Assembly: GCA_021798195.1 (NCBI GenBank)
Contig: JAJZYH010000009.1
Location: 56-64,055, forward strand
DNA from: Thermoplasmata archaeon
Lineage (GTDB): Archaea; Thermoplasmatota; Thermoplasmata; Lutacidiplasmatales; UBA184
Direction: 5' to 3'
DNA length: 64,000 nt
Part shown: positions 1 through 8,362 of the stretch, piece after piece
How the letters are laid out: each line of letters starts with the position of its first letter
How positions within the stretch are numbered: the stretch's first letter is position 1
Program-made: the position numbers and the translations under genes
The notes under the pieces: model-generated
What the model was told of the DNA's origin: nothing
Database searches by the model: none
What the model saw: only the letters and a program-made list of their open reading frames with translations

Positions 1-317
1 TGTCCTACCGAACCCCCCTACCGGAGGTGGCGATGTTCACTTTCCCCCTTTCCAAGGTCTCTGGAGAACCCCACTCTCCGGGTCCGTCCCTCTCCCACGA
101 ACCGCGGTGGAGGGTCCTGGTTGACGAGGGATGACACCGGAGCGTGTGGGGCGTGGGGTTGGCGTTGGTCCGGCGTCGGCCACAAGCAACGGACCAGTCC
201 CTTCCCGACGATAGTTTCATGGGGACGCCCATCCATCTATCTCCGCATGTTGGGGCGAGCCCTTCCTTCTCATCGGCCGTGGGGCCCTCTCTCACCGCGC
301 TGGCCGTGGTGATCTCC

Positions 318-944
318 ATGGAGGGGCGGGTGGAGGGAGAGCGGGGAGACCATCCATCGGCACCGGTGAGTGAACCCCCCAGTACCTCGGAAAGTCCCCG
401 GCGGCTCATCGCGAAGGTCATCCTCCTGGGAGATGGAGCCGTGGGGAAGACCAGCCTCATCTCCCGCTATGTGTTCTCCATGTTCGATCCGCACTACGTG
501 GAGACGCTGGGGACCAATGTCACGGCGCGACAGGAGCGGGTGGAGACCCCCGAAGGGACCCTCGATGTCCGGCTGCAGATATGGGACGTGATCGGCCAGG
601 AGCGCTTCGACTCCATCTATATGGCGTACTATCAGGAGGCGGACGGAGCCCTCCTGGTCTGCGATGGGACCCGAAGGGAGACCCTGGACGGGATCTCGGG
701 CTGGCTCCATTCCGCGGAGGTGATCCTGGGGAAGTTCCCGGCGGTGTTCGCCATCAACAAGAGCGACCTACCCCCTGCGTTCCTGGCAAAGGATGTGGAA
801 GGCCGCCTCCGGGAGATTTCCCACGGGCAGTTCGCGGGGAGCCCGGTCTACAGTGTGAGCGCACGGACCGGAGAGAATGTTCGAACTGTGTTCCAGGAAC
901 TCACCCGGGCCGTCCTGGAGAGGCGGGGCATCCGGCTGGTCTGA
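318..944 (+). CDS. Ras-superfamily small GTPase (Rab/Ras-like) with a short N-terminal extension
   Basis: G1 GDGAVGKTS, G3 WDVIGQERF, G4 NKSD and G5 SAR motifs are readable in the translation. An internal ATG at 318 (MEGRVEG...) is preferred over the ORF start at 144. Confidence 0.6.
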   Translation: MEGRVEGERGDHPSAPVSEPPSTSESPRRLIAKVILLGDGAVGKTSLISRYVFSMFDPHYVETLGTNVTARQERVETPEGTLDVRLQIWDVIGQERFDSIYMAYYQEADGALLVCDGTRRETLDGISGWLHSAEVILGKFPAVFAINKSDLPPAFLAKDVEGRLREISHGQFAGSPVYSVSARTGENVRTVFQELTRAVLERRGIRLV

Positions 945-975
945 GGCCTATCCGGGGGATCAGCCCCCCCGGCGA

Positions 976-1434
976 TCAGTTCCAGGACTTCGCCTTCTCC
1001 ACGTGCGGCTCCGGCTTGGAGTCATCCACCATGTGGACCACCCGCCCGTCCCGGTCGATGCCAAAGCTCACGCGGCGGGCGGTCCCGGACTCCTTCCAGA
1101 CCCCGTAGGCCCTCGCCACCTTGCCGTCGGGGTCGGAGAGCACCGGGAAGTCGAGATGGAGTTCCTGGCAGTACTTGCCCTGGGTCTCCGGCGGGTCCGC
1201 GGAGACCCCTACCACCGAGATCCCCCGGGCCGCGAGGGCGGCATGCGCCTTCTGGAACTCCCTGGCTTCCCGGTCGCAGCCGGGAGTGAAGGCCTTGGGA
1301 AAGAAGTACAGGACCACTCGCTCCTTTCCGCGGAAGGCCGAAAGGCGGACGGTTCCCCCCTTTCCACTGGGGGCCTCGAAATCCGGCGCGATGTCGCCTA
1401 CGTTGACCATGCGATGGGGAGGGGGACGGGCCAT
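976..1434 (-). CDS. bcp: Peroxiredoxin (Bcp/PrxQ, AhpC-TSA family)
   Basis: FTPGCDREAREF peroxidatic Cys motif and overall Bcp-like sequence. The real start is probably MVNVGDIAPDF (about 1410). Confidence 0.7.
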   Translation of the reverse strand: MARPPPHRMVNVGDIAPDFEAPSGKGGTVRLSAFRGKERVVLYFFPKAFTPGCDREAREFQKAHAALAARGISVVGVSADPPETQGKYCQELHLDFPVLSDPDGKVARAYGVWKESGTARRVSFGIDRDGRVVHMVDDSKPEPHVEKAKSWN

Positions 1435-1523
1435 TTAAGTCCTCAGGCGGGCACCCGCAACACCGGATGCGCCGAAGGTAGTTCCCAGTCGTTCCCCGAT
1501 CCTGTGGCTCCGCGGGCTCCGCC

Positions 1524-1901
1524 TCACACGTACTGCTGGTCGGTGACGCAGTACCATCGGTTGTACTGCCCCACCCACGTGGTGGGCCTGCCGCAACGCG
1601 GGCAATTGGGCGCTACCCCACCGGAGGGGATTGGCTGCGGGGGGGAGGAGGGTGCCCCCATGGAAGGTTGCATGGGAGGAGGCGACATTCCCGGTTGCAT
1701 GGAGCCCGCGGGCGCATAAGCTCCCCCCACCGGCATGCTGTACGTCTGGAATTCTTGGACCGGGACCTTGTCCCTTGTGAAATAATAGATGATCGCCGCC
1801 GGCCAACAGAACAGGATCAGGACGACCAGGACCCACAGGGTGTACTTCCGCTTGTACTGGACCGGACCTGGCGCCATGACAGGCTGGGTATACCCGCTCA
1901 T
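1524..1901 (-). CDS. Hypothetical membrane protein with a C-terminal CxxC pair (partial zinc-ribbon-like)
   Basis: One clear TM helix (YTLWVLVVLILFCWPAAIIYYF), natural amino-acid composition, CPRCG motif. The start at ATG 1901 lies 26 nt from the TATA island at 1924-1930, so it is likely leaderless. Confidence 0.45.
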   Translation of the reverse strand: MSGYTQPVMAPGPVQYKRKYTLWVLVVLILFCWPAAIIYYFTRDKVPVQEFQTYSMPVGGAYAPAGSMQPGMSPPPMQPSMGAPSSPPQPIPSGGVAPNCPRCGRPTTWVGQYNRWYCVTDQQYV

Positions 1902-1923
1902 CCAAGTCGCGATGGGCGTCCGA

Positions 1924-1930
1924 TTATATA
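1924..1930. promoter_or_regulatory. Isolated TATA-like island (TTATATA) flanked by divergent leaderless starts (1901 on the minus strand, 1954 on the plus strand)
   Basis: The only AT-rich heptamer for hundreds of bases. 24-27 nt from both candidate ATGs. Confidence 0.5.
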
Positions 1931-1953
1931 CTCTTGTTTGCGCATCCCGGCGC

Positions 1954-2484
1954 ATGAGCGGGGACCCCCCTCCGCCCTCGGGCCCCCCCGCATGGGAGTT
2001 CCTCCTCTCCCATCATCTCCCGGGCCGCCTCGACCGGACGTTCCCGATCCCGTTCCGCGGAGGGAAGGTTCACCTTTGCGCACGCTGCACGGGGGAGGCC
2101 GTGGGAATCCTCCTCTTCGTTGCGCTCCTTTTCCTCTCCCCTCTGCTGCCGTTCGCCTGGAGCGACCCCTTGGTCGAGGTTCTCTTCGCGTTGGGCCCGC
2201 TCCCCGCCGCAGTGGACTGGCTCACCCAGTCCCTGGGGCTGCGGGAGTCGTGGAATGGCCTTCGGTTGGTCTCGGGGACGCTCCTGGGGCTGTCCATCGC
2301 CTTTGCTCTTTCGCTTCTTGCCGAAGGGCGATGGACCTTGTTCGCCTTAAGCTTGGGGGTGGCTGCGCTCTATCTCGGGGCCGTCTCCACGGTTCTATTC
2401 AGGTCCGGGCGCTGGCGCGAGGTCGTCGAGGAACACTTTCCCGGGGTCATGGACGGGCCCCGCTCCCATCCCCCCTCGAAGTGA
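1954..2484 (+). CDS. Polytopic membrane protein (DUF2085-like; CxRC motif then 4-5 TM helices)
   Basis: HLCARCTGE motif followed by hydrophobic helices. ATG 1954 lies 27 nt downstream of the TTATATA island, so it is likely leaderless. Confidence 0.45.
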   Translation: MSGDPPPPSGPPAWEFLLSHHLPGRLDRTFPIPFRGGKVHLCARCTGEAVGILLFVALLFLSPLLPFAWSDPLVEVLFALGPLPAAVDWLTQSLGLRESWNGLRLVSGTLLGLSIAFALSLLAEGRWTLFALSLGVAALYLGAVSTVLFRSGRWREVVEEHFPGVMDGPRSHPPSK

Positions 2485-2505
2485 GTCCCCGGAAGGAGGG
2501 CGCCC

Positions 2506-2973
2506 TCAGCCCAGGACCTTGGCTTGGAGGATCTTCACCGGGGTCTTGGGGCGGTCCCCCGCCCCGGTGGGCGTTTTCCCGATCCTCTCGACCACATCCA
2601 TCCCGCCCACCACCTTCCCGAAGATGGCATGCTTGCCATCCAGCCAGGGTGTGGGTGCCAGGGTGATGAAGAACTGGCTCCCCCCCGTATTGGGCCCCGC
2701 GTTGGCCATGGAAAGGATCCCGGGGCGGTCATGCTTCAGTCCGGGGCCGAACTCGTCCCGGATGGTGTACCCCGGGCCTCCCGTGCCCGTCCCCTTGGGA
2801 CAGCCCCCCTGGATCATGAACCCGTCGATGACACGGTGGAAGATGAGTCCGTCATAGAACCGCTTCTCCACCAGGGTCCGGAAGTTCCCGGCGGTCACCG
2901 GTGCCTTGTCGGCGAACAGCTCGATCTCGACAGTCCCCAGGGATGTCTCCAGGGCCACGTGTGGATTGCTCAT
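2506..2973 (-). CDS. Peptidyl-prolyl cis-trans isomerase, cyclophilin type
   Basis: [15 protein letters not shown] / GTGGPGY / [16 protein letters not shown] cyclophilin signatures. Confidence 0.85.
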   Translation of the reverse strand: MSNPHVALETSLGTVEIELFADKAPVTAGNFRTLVEKRFYDGLIFHRVIDGFMIQGGCPKGTGTGGPGYTIRDEFGPGLKHDRPGILSMANAGPNTGGSQFFITLAPTPWLDGKHAIFGKVVGGMDVVERIGKTPTGAGDRPKTPVKILQAKVLG

Positions 2974-3023
2974 GGTCTCCTCGCGGCCCCTCCACCCTCC
3001 GCCCCGTTAAAGGGTGACGGGAT

Positions 3024-3722
3024 CTAGTTCAGGCGGACGGCGCCCTGCTCCAGGGTCGCCACCGCCGTGGGGGGAAGGGCCCGGGGGTCCAGGGAGATGA
3101 GCACCGAGCCCGACGTCTGGACGGCCAGGTCGCGGGAGACCTCGAGGAGGCGCCGGATGCTGGGCAACGAGGCGACCCCCTGGAAGGTCTCCACGTTGGG
3201 CAGGACCACCGCCGATGCATTCTGGGCCGTGAGGTGCTTCTCGATGAGGTCCCCGATCCGGTCCAGATCACCAGGCATCACCGAACCTTCCCCGCCCAGG
3301 GAGCTCAACCGGATGAACCGGGCCCCCTTGAGACCGAACCGGCTCTCGAGAGTGGCGGGGTCGTTCCGGGTGAATGCCAGGATCCGATCCTTGGGGATCG
3401 CGGATCGACGGACCAGGGGCCAGAGATCCTCCTCATTGGGGGTCTCCACCAGGCTGAGGGGGCTCGGGATCCACGGGCGGACCAGGGGCCCCTCTTGGGA
3501 ACTGGCCCCGGATCCCGAAACGTCCGCCTCCTGGCGGCGCCGTGGGCTCACGATGGCCCCCACCACGCCGAAGGCGACCCCGAAGGCCACGGCGGGGAGG
3601 ATGATGGCGGTGAGACCCACCAGGAAGTGGGGGTCCACATAGCCGTAGAAGAGCAGGAGGAAGCCGACGCAGAGACCGAACACGACCCCTGCGGCCGCCG
3701 CGGACCGGGCAGGGGTCGTCAT
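3024..3722 (-). CDS. DUF835-family protein (archaeal), N-terminal TM helices plus a cytoplasmic domain
   Basis: Start MTTPARS; two TM helices, then a DUF835-like C-terminal domain. The ATGA start/stop overlap with the upstream gene at 3719-3722 supports it. Confidence 0.5.
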   Translation of the reverse strand: MTTPARSAAAAGVVFGLCVGFLLLFYGYVDPHFLVGLTAIILPAVAFGVAFGVVGAIVSPRRRQEADVSGSGASSQEGPLVRPWIPSPLSLVETPNEEDLWPLVRRSAIPKDRILAFTRNDPATLESRFGLKGARFIRLSSLGGEGSVMPGDLDRIGDLIEKHLTAQNASAVVLPNVETFQGVASLPSIRRLLEVSRDLAVQTSGSVLISLDPRALPPTAVATLEQGAVRLN

Positions 3723-4549
3723 GGTCCCTTCCCCCCGGTCGGACCTGAGGGAGGCTCCGAACTCTTGGGCGGATTGCGCGCCCGTGCCTGCCGGCGAAGC
3801 TTTGCCGCCTCCCAGAGGGAATCCCCGAAGTTGTACACCTCGTAGATGGCGATGATGAGGAGGATGGCGGTGATGATGGTGACCGGATAGGAGGGGATCA
3901 GCTTGGCCAGGAACCACAGGCCCGCCGGGGTTCCCCCGGAGGCGTTGGTCACGGTAAAGGTGCCCACGGTGTCCCCCGAAAGGATCCACTGCTCCCCGCT
4001 CAGGTCGCTCACATCCAGGCTCACCGTTCGGGGGATGTACGGGCAGGCGGCATTGATCCCGGTGATCCCCCACGTGTGGAGGTTCACCCCCAGGAAGGCG
4101 AGGGAGAGCTGGACCGAGGTGAGCTCGTTGCTGGGATTCGTGGTGGGGTAGGTCGCCGAGCACCAGATGGTCACGTTGAAGCGGATCTGGGTCTGCGCCA
4201 ACGGGACCACCACGGGATCGTTCACCGACTGGTTCGAGTCCTGGATGAGTTCCGTCCCGGTGGTCGGGGTCCAGAGGGTAAAGGTGGCGTGGACCCCCGG
4301 CACGCTATCGGCCAAGGGATGCGCCGATACGGCGACTTCACCCGAGGGAGGCGCGCCCAGACCGAGGCCGGGCAGGATGACCATCCCCACAAGGACCGCC
4401 AGTGTGCCCACCGTGGCGATGGCCCGCGCGGGAAGCGAAGCCCGGGGCCTCCCCCCCCGGCGCAGGGCTCCCTCCGCCATCCTCTCTCCCATCACGGGGA
4501 TGGTCTTAAACGTTGGTCCGGGGGGTTGCGAAGGTCCCCGCGGAGCCAC
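3719..4549 (-). CDS. Secreted or membrane-anchored surface protein (signal/TM, Thr/Ser-rich ectodomain with N-glycosylation sequons, C-terminal TM anchor plus basic tail)
   Basis: N-terminal hydrophobic segment, NQS/NVT/NAS sequons, C-terminal TM (VTIITAILLIIAIY) followed by an RRQARAR tail. ATGA overlap coupling to the DUF835 gene. Confidence 0.45.
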   Translation of the reverse strand: MAPRGPSQPPGPTFKTIPVMGERMAEGALRRGGRPRASLPARAIATVGTLAVLVGMVILPGLGLGAPPSGEVAVSAHPLADSVPGVHATFTLWTPTTGTELIQDSNQSVNDPVVVPLAQTQIRFNVTIWCSATYPTTNPSNELTSVQLSLAFLGVNLHTWGITGINAACPYIPRTVSLDVSDLSGEQWILSGDTVGTFTVTNASGGTPAGLWFLAKLIPSYPVTIITAILLIIAIYEVYNFGDSLWEAAKLRRQARARNPPKSSEPPSGPTGGKGP

Positions 4550-4552
4550 GCA

Positions 4553-6055
4553 TCAATAGGTGGGCATCGAGGGGTCGACCCGTTGCGCCCAGGCGTCGAG
4601 CCCTCCCTTCAGGGTCCGGACCTTGGTGAACCCCATGGTCTGGAGGAACTTCACCGCGTCGGCGCTACGCCCTCCCACCTTGCAGTAGACCACCACGTCC
4701 TCCGACGTGGAGAGCTCCCCCAGGCGCTCGGCGAGGCTGTTCCGGGGGATCAGCTTGGAGCCGGGCAGGCGGCAGATCTCGTATTCGCCCGGCTCCCGGA
4801 CATCCACCAGGGTGATGGGGGCGCTCTGGTCCAGGAGCGACTTGAGGTCCTCGGGCTCGATCTCGAGCTCGGGGGGGAGGATCGTGGGGGTCCCGAGGCC
4901 GCAGAACTCCTGGTAGTCGACGAGGGACTTCTGCGTCGCATGGGGACCGCAGAGGACGCAGTCCGGGTCCTTCCGGATCTTGAGCTCCCGGAACGTCGTG
5001 CCCAGGGCATCCACCAGGAGGAGCCGCCCGATGAGGGGCTCCCCCTTCCCCAGGAGGAGCTTCACCACCTCGACGCCCTGGAGGGTTCCCACGAGCCCCG
5101 GGAGGAGGCCCAAGACCCCGCCCTCCGCGCAGGACGGTACCAGCCCGGGAGGCGGAGGCTGGGAGTAGAGGCACCGGTAGCAGGGTCCCCGGGAGGCATC
5201 GAAGACGCTCACCTGGCCTTCGAACCGGTAGATGGAGCCGTAGACGTTGGGCTTCTTCAGCAGGACGCAGGCGTCGTTCACCAGGTAGCGGGTGGGAAAG
5301 TTGTCCGTCCCGTCCACCACGACGTCGTACCGGGCGATGATGTCCAGGGCGTTCTCGCTGGAAAGGTGCACGTCATGCTTCACCACCTTCACATCCGGAT
5401 TGAGGTCCCGGATGCGCCGCTCCGCCGCCTCCAGCTTGGGGTGGCCCACGTCCGTCGTGCCGAAGAGCACCTGCCGCTGGAGGTTGCTCGCGTCCACCGT
5501 GTCAAAGTCCACGAGTCCCAGGGTCCCCACGCCTGCGGCGGCGAGGTACAGGGCGAGGGGAGAGCCGAGCCCTCCCGTTCCCACGAGGAGCACGCGGGAG
5601 GCGAGGAGCTTCCGCTGCCCGGCGAGGCCCACCTCGGGGAGGATCAGGTGGCGGCTGTAGCGGCGCATCTGCTCCGGGCTCAGCTTCTGGACGGTGGAGG
5701 TCGCGGTGCGGGGGGGCGCGGGGGAACGATGGAGAGCGGGGTACGCCACGGCCCCGGGGGACCCACCCGCGATGGAAGGGATGATGGTGATGACGTCTCC
5801 CGGCTTCACGGGGGTCGCCTCCCTCTGGAGGTATCGGACATCCTCGTCGTTCACGTAGACGATCACGAAGTTCCGGAGCCTCCCGTCCTCGGTGAAGAGG
5901 TGCCGCTGGATGGCCCCGTATTTCCGGGTGAGCTCGCTGAGGGCCTCTCCCACCGTGGCTCCGCTCGTCGCGACCTTCGCAGCTCCGCTGGTGAATCCCC
6001 GCAAGGGGGTCGGTATCCGTATCTCCACGCTCATGGTGCTCTCTCCTTCGTTCAT
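4553..6055 (-). CDS. Fusion protein: CysO/MoaD-like ubiquitin-fold sulfur-carrier domain (ends ...IIPSIAGG) + ThiF/MoeB-type E1 adenylyltransferase + C-terminal rhodanese (MoeZ-like)
   Basis: A roughly 91-aa N-terminal beta-grasp domain ending in GG, a linker, then E1 motifs (VLLVGTGGLGSP, CxxC pairs) and a rhodanese domain. Confidence 0.8.
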   Translation of the reverse strand: MNEGESTMSVEIRIPTPLRGFTSGAAKVATSGATVGEALSELTRKYGAIQRHLFTEDGRLRNFVIVYVNDEDVRYLQREATPVKPGDVITIIPSIAGGSPGAVAYPALHRSPAPPRTATSTVQKLSPEQMRRYSRHLILPEVGLAGQRKLLASRVLLVGTGGLGSPLALYLAAAGVGTLGLVDFDTVDASNLQRQVLFGTTDVGHPKLEAAERRIRDLNPDVKVVKHDVHLSSENALDIIARYDVVVDGTDNFPTRYLVNDACVLLKKPNVYGSIYRFEGQVSVFDASRGPCYRCLYSQPPPPGLVPSCAEGGVLGLLPGLVGTLQGVEVVKLLLGKGEPLIGRLLLVDALGTTFRELKIRKDPDCVLCGPHATQKSLVDYQEFCGLGTPTILPPELEIEPEDLKSLLDQSAPITLVDVREPGEYEICRLPGSKLIPRNSLAERLGELSTSEDVVVYCKVGGRSADAVKFLQTMGFTKVRTLKGGLDAWAQRVDPSMPTY

Positions 6056-6501
6056 GGGACTTCCGTATGGGATTGGACCTTGAGGGCGCGCTCCTCGAAC
6101 TTCATGCCGTCCGGGGTGAGTTCGAAGGCCCGGATCTCCCGGCCCTTCCCTCTCTCCACCCGCAGGACCAGGTAGGCGTACCAGGGCCAGGCATGGCCCC
6201 GGTCGAACTCGCTGGGATGGGCCGGATGGTCGGGGTGAGAGTGGTAGAACCCCAGGATCGTCCGGCCAGATCCCTCGAGCTCCTCCTCCGTCCTCCGGAT
6301 CTCCTCCGGGGCGATGACGTACCGACGGGATCGCTCCGCGGCCTGGACGTTGGTGGCCCGCCGGACCTCGTCCACCCGACGCGTCCCCCAGGGGGTGGTG
6401 GGCATGGGACCCAGGAGGAACCCGCAGGCCTCCTCGGGGTAGGTCTCCTCGGCGTGGCGGACGATCTCCTCAAGGTGTGCCTCCCGGAGGGTCACGTCCA
6501 T
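6052..6501 (-). CDS. JAMM/MPN+ metalloprotease (Mec+ / CysO-cleaving type)
   Basis: EEACGFLLG ... HSHPDHPAHPSEFD is an exact JAMM motif (E...HxHx7Sx2D). Start MDVTLREAH at 6501 is preferred. ATGA overlap with the E1 gene start. Confidence 0.8.
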   Translation of the reverse strand: MDVTLREAHLEEIVRHAEETYPEEACGFLLGPMPTTPWGTRRVDEVRRATNVQAAERSRRYVIAPEEIRRTEEELEGSGRTILGFYHSHPDHPAHPSEFDRGHAWPWYAYLVLRVERGKGREIRAFELTPDGMKFEERALKVQSHTEVP

Positions 6502-6538
6502 GGGGGGAGGGGCATCCGGAGCCTCCGCCCCGGGCACA

Positions 6539-7591
6539 TCAGCGATCCCCGTCGTTCCAATACTGTTCCCCAAGGTACCTGTCACCTCCATCGGGAAGAA
6601 GCGTCACGAGGACTCCCATCTCGAGGCCCGCCCCGAGCTTGAGGGCCGCATGGACCGCGGCGCCGGAAGAGGTCCCCACGAAGAGCCCCTCCTCCCGGGC
6701 GAGGCGGAGGGTCATGCGCTGCGCCTCATCGGTGCTCACCCGGCTCCAATCGTCGATGTAGCGATCGTCCAGGATCCCGGGGCGCAGAGAGGTCTCCAGG
6801 TGCTTCAGGCCCTCGATCCCATGGAGGGGGGAATCGGGAACGACCCCGGTCACCCGGATCTCCGGTCGGCGTTCCTTGAGGTAGCGCCCCACCCCGGTGA
6901 TGGTCCCTCCGGTGCCCACCCCCGCCACGAAGTGGGTCACGAGCCCCGCGGAGTCCCGCCAGATCTCGGGACCCGTGGTCCGGTAGTGGGCCATGACGTT
7001 GCAAGGGTTGTTGTACTGGTCGGGATAGAAATAGCGGTCCGGGTGGTCCTTCGCGAGCTCCTTCGCGAGCCTCTGGGCGCCGTCCGTCCCCTCGAGGGGG
7101 GACGAGAACCGGATCCGGGCCCCGTAGGCCAGGATCCTGCGCTGCCGTTCCATGGATGCGTTCTTGGGAAGGATGATCTCCACCGGGAAGCCCCAGAGCG
7201 CCCCCAGGAGGGCGTAGGCGATGCCGGTGTTCCCACTGGAGGCATCGAGGAGCGTCTTCCCCGGCGGCAGGCGTCCGTCGGCGAGGGCCGATCGGACCAT
7301 GGCAAGGGCGGCGCGGTCCTTCACCGACCCTCCGGGATTGAAGTGCTCGGCCTTGGCCCAGAGCTCCACCCCCCGGGGAAGGTCACGCCCTACCCGCGAC
7401 AGCCGGAGAAGGGGGGTCCCTCCGATCCGGGAGATCACGTCCGAGGGGGGTCCGGATCCGGAGGCACCCCGGGGACCGAGGCGTGGCGCGGACCCGGGAA
7501 CGGGTTCCCCGCACGCGGCGGGATCCCTGGGTCCCATGAGACTGTCGGGTTCCATGCCGTTTCCTCGCAGTTCCTCTTCGGGGGAGACCAT
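6539..7591 (-). CDS. cysM: Cysteine synthase, CysM/CysK family (PLP-dependent)
   Basis: GGTPLLRL, GGSVKDRAAL and SSGNTGIAYA motifs. The N-terminal roughly 50 aa of the ORF is probably not translated (start uncertain). Confidence 0.85.
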   Translation of the reverse strand: MVSPEEELRGNGMEPDSLMGPRDPAACGEPVPGSAPRLGPRGASGSGPPSDVISRIGGTPLLRLSRVGRDLPRGVELWAKAEHFNPGGSVKDRAALAMVRSALADGRLPPGKTLLDASSGNTGIAYALLGALWGFPVEIILPKNASMERQRRILAYGARIRFSSPLEGTDGAQRLAKELAKDHPDRYFYPDQYNNPCNVMAHYRTTGPEIWRDSAGLVTHFVAGVGTGGTITGVGRYLKERRPEIRVTGVVPDSPLHGIEGLKHLETSLRPGILDDRYIDDWSRVSTDEAQRMTLRLAREEGLFVGTSSGAAVHAALKLGAGLEMGVLVTLLPDGGDRYLGEQYWNDGDR

Positions 7592-7597
7592 GACGGG

Positions 7598-8257
7598 TCA
7601 GTGGGACCCCAACTGAATGAGATGGGTGCAGCTGTGCGCCCCCCGGGGGATGGAGTCCAGGAGGTCCACCCCGGCCTGGCCCAGGAGGTTCTCCAGGAAG
7701 TGCTGGTCGAAGACGTTGCAGAGGAGGTAGGCATGCTTCATCGCGGTGGCCCGGAACACGCAGTTCTTGCGCACCACCTGGAGGCGTTCCCCCTCCCGGT
7801 TGAGCTCCGCCCGCTGCCCCAGGTCGTTCAGGACCTTCACCACGGCCCTCAACCGGTCTTCCTTGGTGGTCTCCGGGGAGAAGGCCGGAAGCTTCTCCGC
7901 CACCTTCCGCGCGAATTCCTGGGCGGCCTGGACCATGAGGCTGGAGACGTACCCTTCCCCTTCCCGCTCCTCGAGGGCTCCGATGAGGGCGTCGAGGAGC
8001 ATCTCGTACCTTCGGGGGAAGATCTCCTGGCCGTCGGGGGTCAGGGAGAAGCGCTTGCGGGGCCGGCCCACACCCTGCCGGTGGAAGCTGGGCTGCACGA
8101 TACCGCGGTCCACCAGCCTTTCCAGATGGGTCCGGACGGCGGATTCCCGGATCCGGAGCACGCCGGCGAGTTCCTTCGCGGAGCGGGGGCCGGTCATCAA
8201 CTCTTCGAGGATCCTTCCCTTCGTCCCCTCCGCAGGGAGCAAGTCCACCATGTTCAT
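7598..8257 (-). CDS. ArsR/winged-HTH family transcriptional regulator (candidate SUF regulator)
   Basis: N-terminal HTH (GRILEELMTGPRSAKELAGVLRIRESAVRTHLERLVDRGIV) and a C-terminal Cys-containing domain. Divergent from sufC. Confidence 0.6.
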   Translation of the reverse strand: MNMVDLLPAEGTKGRILEELMTGPRSAKELAGVLRIRESAVRTHLERLVDRGIVQPSFHRQGVGRPRKRFSLTPDGQEIFPRRYEMLLDALIGALEEREGEGYVSSLMVQAAQEFARKVAEKLPAFSPETTKEDRLRAVVKVLNDLGQRAELNREGERLQVVRKNCVFRATAMKHAYLLCNVFDQHFLENLLGQAGVDLLDSIPRGAHSCTHLIQLGSH

Positions 8258-8362
8258 GCCGTCGGAACCAACCCAGAGGCCCGGGCGGTATAAGGGTTCG
8301 GGTTTTAGACACTTGCTGATGCTTATATACAGGCCGGGAATGGGCGGCCACGGAGAGGGGAG

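Noticed and set aside
4076-6175. 699-aa plus-strand ORF
   Set aside because: Antisense to the E1 fusion and JAMM genes. Arg/Gly/Pro/His-rich low-complexity translation typical of stop-free antisense frames in 70% GC DNA, with no recognisable domain.
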